Shown here: positions 7,960-16,200 of the stretch, piece after piece
Numbering within the stretch: position 1 is the first letter of the stretch
Layout of the letters: each line of letters begins with the position of its first letter
Source: Trueperaceae bacterium
GTDB lineage: Bacteria; Deinococcota; Deinococci; Deinococcales; Trueperaceae
DNA length: 64,000 bases
Assembly (NCBI GenBank): GCA_034520945.1
Contig: JAXHNB010000002.1
Location: 96,001-160,000 of the forward strand
Direction: 5' to 3'
Translations under genes and position numbers: made by a program
Notes under the pieces: model-generated
What the model saw: only the letters and a program-made list of their open reading frames with translations
What the model was told of the DNA's origin: nothing
The model's database searches: none

Positions 7960-9237
7960 TCAGATCCGCGCCAATGCCCGCTCGAACACCTCCAGCGCCC
8001 GCGCCACCTCGGCGTCGCCGATCACCAACGGCGGGATCCAACGCACCACGTGGCCATGGCTGCCGCAGGTGAGCAGCAGCAGGTGTTCCTCGAGGCAAGC
8101 GCGTTGCACCGCCTTCGCCGCCTCCGGGGCGGGCCGGCCGTCCACGCGGAACTCGACCCCGATCATCAGACCGGGACCTCGTACCTCAGCGACCGCGTCG
8201 TGCCGCCCGCGCATGTCGTGCAGCGCGGCGCTGATCTCGCGCCCGCGCACCTCCGCGTTGGCCGGCAGCGCCTCCTCCCGCAGCGTGCGGAGCGTGGCCT
8301 CGGCCGCCGCGAGCACCACGGCATTGCCGCCGCCGTACGTCCCGCCGTGCGTGCCGGGCTCCCAACGTTCCATCAAGGACGCGGACGCGCCGATCGCCGA
8401 GATCGGGAACCCGGAGCCCATGCCCTTGGCCATCACCAGGACGTCCGGCACGACGCCGGAATGCTCGAAGGCGAACATCCGGCCGGTGCGGCCGAACCCC
8501 GTCTGGATCTCGTCCAGCACCAGCAGGATGCCGTGCCGGTCGCACAACTCGCGAACGCCCTGCAGGAAGCGTGGCGGGGCCGGTACGTAGCCGCCCTCGC
8601 CCAGCACCGGTTCGATCACCATCGCGGCCGTCTCGTCCGGCGCGGTCTGCGTCTGCAATAGCAATTCCAGGCGCTCCAGGCAGAACGACACCGCGTCCGC
8701 CTCGCTCATGCCCAGTTGGAGAGGATAGGGGAACGGCGCCACGCTGATGCCGCCCGGGAGCGGCTGGTACTTGTGGCGGTAGACGGTCTTGCCGGTCGTC
8801 ATCGCCATGGTCTGCGCCGTGCGGCCGTGGAATCCGCCTTGGAACACGATCAGGTTGGTGCGGCCGGTGGCATGCCGGGCCAGCTTCACGGCCCCCTCGA
8901 TCGCCTCCGCCCCGCTGTTGGACAAAAAGAACCGGTCCAGCCCCGGCGGGGTGATCTCGTCCAGCGCGCGTGCCAGCGCCTCCGCTTGGGGCGTGATCAC
9001 GTTGTTGATCTGGCCGAAGAACAACCGCTCCGCCTGCGCCCGTACCGCCTCGACCACGCGGGGGTGGGCGTGCCCGGTGCTGGCGACGCCGATGCCGCTT
9101 CCGAAGTCCAGCCAGCGCTGCCCGGCTTCGTCGACCAGCCAGGCGCCCTCGCCGCGGACGGGGCGCATGTGCGTGAGGTGCGTCCACACGGGCGACAGGG
9201 CGCTGGGGTCGCTCGAAACGTTCGTCGCTTGGTTCAT
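7960..9237 (-). CDS. Class III PLP aminotransferase (4-aminobutyrate aminotransferase-like)
   Basis: NSGAEAIE, FHGRT, EPVLGEGG, DEIQTGFGRTG, PLP lysine in MAKG, HGGTYGG. Confidence 0.92.
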   Translation of the reverse strand: MNQATNVSSDPSALSPVWTHLTHMRPVRGEGAWLVDEAGQRWLDFGSGIGVASTGHAHPRVVEAVRAQAERLFFGQINNVITPQAEALARALDEITPPGLDRFFLSNSGAEAIEGAVKLARHATGRTNLIVFQGGFHGRTAQTMAMTTGKTVYRHKYQPLPGGISVAPFPYPLQLGMSEADAVSFCLERLELLLQTQTAPDETAAMVIEPVLGEGGYVPAPPRFLQGVRELCDRHGILLVLDEIQTGFGRTGRMFAFEHSGVVPDVLVMAKGMGSGFPISAIGASASLMERWEPGTHGGTYGGGNAVVLAAAEATLRTLREEALPANAEVRGREISAALHDMRGRHDAVAEVRGPGLMIGVEFRVDGRPAPEAAKAVQRACLEEHLLLLTCGSHGHVVRWIPPLVIGDAEVARALEVFERALARI

Positions 9238-9301
9238 GGTGCCTCCTCGTCGGGTCCTACCCTACGCAGTGCACGCCGGTGCTCACGGGCGCGCCGTTGC
9301 C

Positions 9302-10228
9302 CTACGCGCCGACGCGCGCCAGCGCGTCGTGCGGCACCTTGCACGCCACGGTGTAGGCCGGATCGAACATGTTGCCCAGCTCGTAGCGTACGCACTGGCT
9401 CAAAAACAGCCCCGCCGTCGCGGCGTCCCAGCCGTGGTCGCGCATCAGCCACCGCACCATTTCGGTGGTGGCGTGCTGGGTCGCCTGGTCCAACGGCCGG
9501 GCGTTGCCCAGCGTGAAGCGGTGCGTGTCGTCCTCGCCGCGAGGCCAACCGATGGGTACCCCCTCGACCAGGTCGACGGTGAGGTGAACGTCGGCGGAGA
9601 TCTCGACGCCGGTGCCGGACATCTCGCCGTCCCCTTGCAGGGCGTGCGCGTCGCCGACGAAGAGCGACGCGCCGGGCACGAACACCGGCAAGTACACGGT
9701 GACCCCGCCGCCGAGGCGCCGATAGTCCATGTTGCCGCCGTGCGGCCCGGAGGTGGCGGTCGAGATCGCCTGCCCGCCGGCCGGTGCCACCCCGATGCAG
9801 CCGAGCATGGGCGCCAGCGGCAGCACCAGCCCTTCGATCGGAGAAGAGGGGTGCGTGAGCGTCACCGTGCCGGCTCCTGCGTCGACCTGCCAGGCGGCAC
9901 CGTCGTGGGCTGCCTCCGCCCCCACCTCCGCCAGGAAGTCCGGGTCCAGCACCCCCGGCGCCAGGCTGGCCCGTCCGAACCCGTGCGTGCGGTTGGGCGT
10001 CACGGCGTTCAGGTGCACCGCGAGGTGATCGCCCGGTTCGGCGCCTTCGACGCGAATGGGGCCGGTGAGGGGGTTGCCGCGCGCCGCGACCCTGCTCCCG
10101 TCCGCGTCGACGCCCGCCGCATCGACGGTGTGCGTTCGGATCGTGTCCCCCGGCGCGACCGACAGCGCTGGCGGGTGGGCGGCGAAGGTGTGGTGATGCG
10201 TGACGGGGCGGAACGCGTGGCTGGCCAT
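9302..10228 (-). CDS. Acetamidase/formamidase family protein
   Basis: NPLTGPI.VEGAEPGD, PMLGCIGVAP, HGGNMD, GDAHALQGDGE. TACCAT lies 6 nt upstream of the ATG. Confidence 0.9.
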   Translation of the reverse strand: MASHAFRPVTHHHTFAAHPPALSVAPGDTIRTHTVDAAGVDADGSRVAARGNPLTGPIRVEGAEPGDHLAVHLNAVTPNRTHGFGRASLAPGVLDPDFLAEVGAEAAHDGAAWQVDAGAGTVTLTHPSSPIEGLVLPLAPMLGCIGVAPAGGQAISTATSGPHGGNMDYRRLGGGVTVYLPVFVPGASLFVGDAHALQGDGEMSGTGVEISADVHLTVDLVEGVPIGWPRGEDDTHRFTLGNARPLDQATQHATTEMVRWLMRDHGWDAATAGLFLSQCVRYELGNMFDPAYTVACKVPHDALARVGA

Positions 10229-10455
10229 GCCGGCATGGTAATGCGCCAGGCCGTGGCGCGCGCGGCGTCGGACGGCGCCGACCCCGAGCGGCCGTCCACC
10301 ACGCTGGACATCACCGTGGTCGACACCGGGGGCACGTTCGACGTCACCACCGACATGACGTTCGAACAGCGCGACGTGGAACCCGGCAACCTGCAGCAGG
10401 CTCCGTCTGGCGACCGCGCCACGTGCCGACGCGAAACCGGGGCTCAGGCTTCGTC

Positions 10456-13026
10456 CTACCCGGGCCCGTCGCCGCCGATCCGGTTCTGCTGGTCGACCGG
10501 CTGCCGGTGACCCTCGCATCGCGGCTCGAACACCTCCTCCAGGGCGCTGAACAGTGCACGATGCTCGTCCATCAACGCCTCCGCGTATCGCTCCACCGTG
10601 GTGCGTGGCGCGCGGTGACGGAGCGCCTCCTCCAGCATCGTGCCGGCCTCGGTGAGAGGCGTGGCGCCGAGGCTGCTGGATAGCCCACGCATGGTGTGCA
10701 CCGCACGTTCGGCGGCTTCCAGATCGGACGCACGCAAAGCGGTAGCGAGGTCCGTGGGGAGGTCGCGTTGGTCGTCGAAGAACCCGCACAAGATCTTCGT
10801 GTAGACCTCCGGTTTGCCCATCGCGTAGCGGAGGCCCCGATCGACGTCCAAGCCGGGAACGGTGCGCAGCGTCTCGAGGCTCACGCTACGGTTCATGTCC
10901 GCTTCGTCAGGGGCGTCGTGTTCCGCAGGGGGGGCGGCCCGGCCACCGTCCGGCGGGGCGCCGTGGCTGCGCCCCCTGCCCTCGCTGGGGGCCTCGGCGC
11001 CCTGCGGGCCTGGGGCCCAGCGCAGCAGCGCGCGCCACAGGTCGTCCGGGTCGATGGGCTTGGTGACCACCTCGTTCATGCCGGCCTCGACGCAGTCTCG
11101 ACGGTCCTTCTCCAGGGCACTGGCGGTCATGGCGATGACCGGCAGCGTGGCCAAGTCCGGGTCACCACGGATCGCACGCGTGGCGGCCAAGCCGTCCAGG
11201 ACGGGCATCTGCACGTCCATGAAAACCAGGTCGTAGGGGGCCGCGCGCAGGGCGTCGAGGGCGCGCTGACCGTCGCTCACCACGTCGGCGGCCAGCCCCC
11301 GACCTCGTAGCAGGGCGGTGGAGACCTCCTGATTGAGCTGGTTGTCCTCGACCAGCAGGATGCGCAGGCCACGCAACGCCTCCGCGTCGGGCCCACCTTC
11401 CGAGCCAGCATCGGCCGATGCGGCCGTGCCATCGTGCGCCGACGCCATGCCGAACCAGGAGGCGACCGTCTCGAACACCACCGAACCGTCGACAGGGGTG
11501 GCCAGCACGCCGTCGATGTCGCCGTTCTCCTGATCGGCGTTCTGGCGTGACGGGGCCCCATCGGTGGCGGTGAGGAACACGCCCGGGGCGGGGGTGCGTG
11601 CCCGTTCACGGAGCTGTCGCGCGACGGCGGGGCCGCTCACGTCCGGCAGGTGCGAAGAGACGAACACCAACTCGGGGGCCTGGGCCGCGTCGCGGTAGCG
11701 TCGTAGCGCTTCACGGCCCGAGGTGGCCTCCTCGACGTGGAGTCCGATGCGGTCCAGCATGCTGCACAGCAGTTCGCGTCGGGTGGTGGCGTCGTCGGCG
11801 ACCAGCGCGCGGCGCCCGCGTAGTTCGCTGTGCAGCGCGCGGATCAGGGGACGTGACGCGGCCGGCGCGAAGCGGGCGGTGAACCAAAAGGTCGAGCCGA
11901 CCCCCACGCGGCTCTCCACCCCGATCTGGCCACCCATCAGGTGGGCCAGGCTCTTCGAGATCGCCAGCCCGAGACCCGTGCCGCCGTAGCGCCGGGTAAT
12001 GGTGGGATCTGCCTGCGCGAAGTGGGTGAACAGCCCGCGCTTCTGTTGCTCGTTCATGCCGACGCCGGTATCACGAACCGCGAAGCGCAACGCCACCTGC
12101 TGCGCCTCGCCGGGGAGGCGCGCGACCGAGAGGGCGATCCCACCTTCGTCGGTGAACTTCACCGCGTTGTTGACCAGGTTGACCAGCACCTGGCGAAGCC
12201 TCAAGGGATCGCCTTCGACGCGCTCGGGTACCTCCCGGGCGATGTCGACCGTCAGGGCCAAGCCCTTCTCGTCGCACGCACCGCCGACCAGGGTCGTGAC
12301 CTCCTCCAGCACCTTGGCCAGCCGGAACTCGTTGCGCTCCAGCGTCAGCTTGCCCGCCTCGAGCTTGGACGCGTCCAGGACGGTGTCGATGATGCCCAGC
12401 AGGTGACGGCTGGCGCTCTCGATCTTGTCGAGGTAGTTGCGTTGCCGGGCCGTGAGATCTGTGCCGAGCGCCAGGCGGTTCATGCCGACGATCGCGTTCA
12501 TCGGGGTGCGGATCTCGTGGCTCATGTTGGCGAGGAACTGCGCCTTGGCCTCGACGGCCAGCTCGGCCTCGCGACTGGACCGCCGCAGCGCCTCGTTGCT
12601 GTCCCGAAGCTCCGCCAGCAGCTCCTCACGCGAGCGTGCCGTGACGATCTCGCGGCTCCGCTCGACCTCGTCGGCCCGTGGTGCACCGTCGCGCAGGCGG
12701 CGGCGAAGCGTCAGCCGTCCCTGCGGCCCATCGTACGTGCGGGTGGCGGCGGCGGCCGGCACGGGGGCGTACGCAGCCGTTGCTGCGGCGTCCTCCCATG
12801 CGAACGCCAGGACGAGGTGCGTACCGTGCGCCGCCACCTCGACCGAAAGCGTCAGGCGCGGCCGGGTGGCGTGCGCGGTAAGCCAGCGCGTGACGTCCGA
12901 GGCCTCCCCGGCCATCCGGGCGCCCAGGTCGCGACCCCCTCCGAGCACGCACACGACCTCGTAGGTCTTGGCCCGCACGCGCGCGTGGCCCACGCGCGCG
13001 GGGTCGAGGGTGCCCAGGGGATTCAT
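10456..13026 (-). CDS. Cytoplasmic hybrid histidine kinase (degenerate RsbT-like N-domain, HisKA, HATPase, pseudo-REC, REC, Hpt)
   Basis: FLANMSHEIRTPMN H-box, NLVNNAVKFT, DTGVG, GGTGLGLAI, intact REC DLVFMDVQMP, Hpt AVHTMRG. No TM segment. ATGA coupling to the upstream gene. Confidence 0.93.
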   Translation of the reverse strand: MNPLGTLDPARVGHARVRAKTYEVVCVLGGGRDLGARMAGEASDVTRWLTAHATRPRLTLSVEVAAHGTHLVLAFAWEDAAATAAYAPVPAAAATRTYDGPQGRLTLRRRLRDGAPRADEVERSREIVTARSREELLAELRDSNEALRRSSREAELAVEAKAQFLANMSHEIRTPMNAIVGMNRLALGTDLTARQRNYLDKIESASRHLLGIIDTVLDASKLEAGKLTLERNEFRLAKVLEEVTTLVGGACDEKGLALTVDIAREVPERVEGDPLRLRQVLVNLVNNAVKFTDEGGIALSVARLPGEAQQVALRFAVRDTGVGMNEQQKRGLFTHFAQADPTITRRYGGTGLGLAISKSLAHLMGGQIGVESRVGVGSTFWFTARFAPAASRPLIRALHSELRGRRALVADDATTRRELLCSMLDRIGLHVEEATSGREALRRYRDAAQAPELVFVSSHLPDVSGPAVARQLRERARTPAPGVFLTATDGAPSRQNADQENGDIDGVLATPVDGSVVFETVASWFGMASAHDGTAASADAGSEGGPDAEALRGLRILLVEDNQLNQEVSTALLRGRGLAADVVSDGQRALDALRAAPYDLVFMDVQMPVLDGLAATRAIRGDPDLATLPVIAMTASALEKDRRDCVEAGMNEVVTKPIDPDDLWRALLRWAPGPQGAEAPSEGRGRSHGAPPDGGRAAPPAEHDAPDEADMNRSVSLETLRTVPGLDVDRGLRYAMGKPEVYTKILCGFFDDQRDLPTDLATALRASDLEAAERAVHTMRGLSSSLGATPLTEAGTMLEEALRHRAPRTTVERYAEALMDEHRALFSALEEVFEPRCEGHRQPVDQQNRIGGDGPG

Positions 13027-14108
13027 GCCCGCCACCTCGCCAGCAGGAACGCGGCGTCGTCGTGAGGTCTGGCATGATCCTGCACCACGGCGTCCGCGAC
13101 CGCCAGAAGGTCTCCCGATCCCAGGAGGCCTTGCGCCGTCCGTCCCGCCGTGGCGTGCAAACCGTCGGTCCAAAGGGCGATCACGTCGCCCGGTGCGATC
13201 GTCAACGACTGGACGAACGGCGTGGGCCAGCGGCGGCCCACGATGCCCCCTCGCGACACGCCGCGCCAACTGGTTGCGTGCCCGCCCCCGATGCGGGCCG
13301 CACGGGCGTTCCCGACCGCCAAGTACCGCATGCGGCTCGTCTGGGTGTCCAACAGCGCCAGGGCGACCGCGGCGCCTACCGTGCCGAGGGCCGCCCGGTG
13401 CAGCTGGGCCATCAGCGTGTCCAGCTTCACCTCCGCGTGGTGTGCCACCTCCGCCGCCAGGGTGCGCGCGACGCGGTGGGCGGCGGCGCCGTGACCGGTG
13501 GCGTCCATCATCGCCAGCAGAAGTCGCGCCCCTTGGTCGATCACCACCACATCGTCGCCCGAGACGAGTCGTCCCGTTCGCGGCCGGACCACGCTGGCGG
13601 CCTCCCAGCGCGTCGAGGTGTCGTGCGTGCGGCGGTGGACGGGCGGGAAACGCCCCTGGAAGCCGGAAGCGTCACCCCGTAGGTACTTGCGCACGTGCAC
13701 GACGGTGCCGCCTCCGGGCCGGCTCCGGATCTCGACCTCGTCCGCCATGCGACGAACGCCGGGCAGTCCCAGGCCCAGAGTATGGCCGGTACTGTAGTGA
13801 TCCTCGAACGCGCGTGCGACGTCGGCGATGCCGGGACCCTCGTCGTTGACCAGGATCTCGATGGCGAACGCGTCCTGCGTGGCCCCCTCGCCTGGCAGGC
13901 GGCGAAGCTCCAGCCACCCGCGCGTTCCGTACTTGAGCACGTTCGAGGCGAGCTCGGAGACGATGGTGCCGATGACGGAGCGCTCCTGCTCGGAGGCGCC
14001 CTGCAGCAAGGCCGAACGTTGGCTGCGGAGCACGGCGAGTTGCAGGTCGAGGGGACGTTTCAGTTCGTAGCGCTCCGGGGCCGCGTGCGGTGACTCAGTG
14101 CCGCTCAT
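13023..14108 (-). CDS. RsbT-like Ser/Thr kinase fused to PP2C/SpoIIE (RsbX-like) phosphatase
   Basis: Kinase motifs SELASNVLKYG, DEGPGIAD, YSTGHTLGLGLPGVRRMADE; PP2C motifs SGDD, DATGHG, TDGL, DDA. Confidence 0.9.
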   Translation of the reverse strand: MSGTESPHAAPERYELKRPLDLQLAVLRSQRSALLQGASEQERSVIGTIVSELASNVLKYGTRGWLELRRLPGEGATQDAFAIEILVNDEGPGIADVARAFEDHYSTGHTLGLGLPGVRRMADEVEIRSRPGGGTVVHVRKYLRGDASGFQGRFPPVHRRTHDTSTRWEAASVVRPRTGRLVSGDDVVVIDQGARLLLAMMDATGHGAAAHRVARTLAAEVAHHAEVKLDTLMAQLHRAALGTVGAAVALALLDTQTSRMRYLAVGNARAARIGGGHATSWRGVSRGGIVGRRWPTPFVQSLTIAPGDVIALWTDGLHATAGRTAQGLLGSGDLLAVADAVVQDHARPHDDAAFLLARWRA

Positions 14109-14496
14109 CGTCGCCGGGTTGCTGCGCGAGCGCGTCGTCCAGGTCGCGAAGGGCAGTGAACGACGAGGTGTCGAGGCCTGCATCGACCAAGTAAGCCACG
14201 ATCCCGGCGCGCAAGCCCACCACCACGGGACGGACGCCCAACAAGCGTCCGGCATTCGCCAGCGCCGTCAGGAACGCGAAGTCGGAGGCGTCGATCACCT
14301 CCAGCCCCGAACACTCGAAGATCAGGTCCGTGGTGGGCCGCGCCTGCAACCGATCGAGCACCGCGCCGCGGAGCGTGCGGAAGGTGCCCTCCGACAGTTC
14401 GGAGGGCAGCGTCACCACCAACGCTCGCCCGACGCGCGTGGCCGCAACGCCCGCGGGGCCGTCGGGCTGCGATTCGTGCGACGAACCGGCAGGCAC
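14095..14496 (-). CDS. rsbS: RsbS-like STAS protein
   Basis: STAS pattern LIFECSGLEVID...RLLGVRPVVVGLRAGIVAYLVDAG...DLDDAL, between rsbR and the RsbT-like gene. GTG start uncertain. Confidence 0.8.
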   Translation of the reverse strand: MPAGSSHESQPDGPAGVAATRVGRALVVTLPSELSEGTFRTLRGAVLDRLQARPTTDLIFECSGLEVIDASDFAFLTALANAGRLLGVRPVVVGLRAGIVAYLVDAGLDTSSFTALRDLDDALAQQPGDDERH

Positions 14497-14507
14497 GGGA
14501 ATGCCGC

Positions 14508-15452
14508 TCAGGACTCGTCGGGCGCCCTGCGGGTGCGTGGCAGGTGCGCATCGTCCCCGACGATGCCGAGGGCGATCTCGAACGCGTCGCGCAGGGTCGC
14601 GGTGGTTCGGATCCGGCCGATGTCGACGCCGAGCTCGACCATGGTGAACGCGATCTCGGGTGCGATCCCGGAGACGATCGCTTCGCAGCCCATCAACCGC
14701 GTGGCGTGCGTGATCTTGACGAGTTGGTCGGCGACGGCCGTGTCGACCGTCCGCACGCCGCTGATGTCCAGCATGAAGACCTTGGCGCGACTGTCGGCGA
14801 TCATCGACAACGTCTTGGTCATGATCTCCTGGGTGCGGCTCGAATCGAGCACACCCACCAACGGCAACAGCAGGATGCCCTCCCAGATCGGCGTGACCGG
14901 GGTGGCCTGCTCGAACAGCTCCTCGCTGCGCGCTTCCAGCAGCGCGTTCTCCTCGGCCGCACGTTCGGCGCCCTCGCGTTCCGCCAGATAGATCTGGTCG
15001 ATGACCAGGTGCGTGTCGAGAAAGACCATCTTCTCGATGGCTGCCGCCATGGCGCCGAGCTGTTCAGGCACGGGTCGAACGTTGTGAAGCCGTTCCTGCA
15101 ACAGCCTGTCGGACATGAACATGCCCGCGAAGTAGATGACGTTGGGCAGGTCGATCCGTCCGTGGACCGCCCCGACGTGGCGGCGCGCCGCCACGTAGTC
15201 GTCGTCGATTTTGCCTTGGAAGAAGCCGGTCCAGTGCTCCAGCTGCCGTTGCTGCACGTGCGCCAGCAGGTCGGGCGCGTTGCCGAAGAAGGTCTCGAAC
15301 TCGTCGTGACCCCGCAACCACGCGTACCAATCGTCCACGAAGTCCGGCAGCTGCGGGATCAGGTGCGTACCGGCTTCGCGGACCCGTTCGAGATCGAACT
15401 CGCTGATCTCGAACGTGTCGAGCAGGGTCGTCCGGTCGTCGGCTTCGGGCAT
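14508..15452 (-). CDS. rsbR: RsbR-like stressosome sensor: protoglobin/sensor-globin domain plus STAS
   Basis: Globin pattern FVDDWY..HW..FF.G.IDDDY...RRHVGAVHGRIDL; STAS PVTPIWEGILLLPLVGVLDSSR..DISGVRTVDTAVA. RBS GAGGAG. Confidence 0.92.
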   Translation of the reverse strand: MPEADDRTTLLDTFEISEFDLERVREAGTHLIPQLPDFVDDWYAWLRGHDEFETFFGNAPDLLAHVQQRQLEHWTGFFQGKIDDDYVAARRHVGAVHGRIDLPNVIYFAGMFMSDRLLQERLHNVRPVPEQLGAMAAAIEKMVFLDTHLVIDQIYLAEREGAERAAEENALLEARSEELFEQATPVTPIWEGILLLPLVGVLDSSRTQEIMTKTLSMIADSRAKVFMLDISGVRTVDTAVADQLVKITHATRLMGCEAIVSGIAPEIAFTMVELGVDIGRIRTTATLRDAFEIALGIVGDDAHLPRTRRAPDES

Positions 15453-15640
15453 GCAGGCTCCTCATAGGGGTGCGGCGGCGGGCGCCGTTCGGTGCGGCGC
15501 CGTGCGCAGCGTGCGAGCGTCAATGTCCCCACCGATACCATGGACGTCGCGGTGAGCGGGTGCATGCCGACGCTCACGGCGAACGTCCCGCTGCCCCTTC
15601 AGGCGGTAGCGTACGGCCGAGTCGCGGGGGAGGTGGAACG

Positions 15641-16135
15641 ATGAATGCGGACGGACCGTCCACGAACAACGATGGAGGCAGCCGTCGCAGGCTGACGCGC
15701 CGGCGCGAGGGGCGCGTTCTCACCGGCGTGTGCGGCGGGATCGCCGACTATTTCGGGATCGAGCCGATCTGGATCCGCGGCGCGTTCGTACTGATCGTCG
15801 TCGCCGGCGGCGGATTGGGCGGCGGAGGCCTCGTCGCGTACCTGCTGCTCAGCCTGGTGATCCCCGCCCCGGAGGCCCCGAACGCCGACCCGCGCGAAAC
15901 GGTACGCCGCGGTGCCGACGACATGGCGCAGCGCCTGCGCGAAGGCTTGCGCCGGGCCCAGGGAGACGACGACCGCACACGCTCCACGTTGGGGTTGTTG
16001 CTCCTCGCATTGGGGGCGTTGTTCCTGTTGGAGGGGCTCGGCGCATTCGCGTGGTTGCACGCCGGGGTGGTGTGGCCGCTGCTCCTGATCGCCGCGGGCG
16101 CGTGGTTGCTCAGCCAGGGCGGGTTCTGGCGCTAG
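15641..16135 (+). CDS. PspC-domain membrane protein with C-terminal LiaI/LiaF-like TM hairpin
   Basis: RRLTR...LTGVCGGIADYFGIEPIWIR...AYLLLSLVIP; C-terminal GLLLLALGALFLL..WPLLLIAAG. Confidence 0.88.
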   Translation: MNADGPSTNNDGGSRRRLTRRREGRVLTGVCGGIADYFGIEPIWIRGAFVLIVVAGGGLGGGGLVAYLLLSLVIPAPEAPNADPRETVRRGADDMAQRLREGLRRAQGDDDRTRSTLGLLLLALGALFLLEGLGAFAWLHAGVVWPLLLIAAGAWLLSQGGFWR

Positions 16136-16200
16136 CGACCGGGGGCGTCACGGCAGTCGAAAGCGCGCCATCGTCCCCGCCACCCGCTATGGTGAACGAC

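Noticed and set aside
15516..15529. GGGACATTGACGCT upstream of rsbR, resembling the nirK/ATPase box
   Set aside because: No TANNNT at the 23-nt spacing on either strand, and a poor right half-site.
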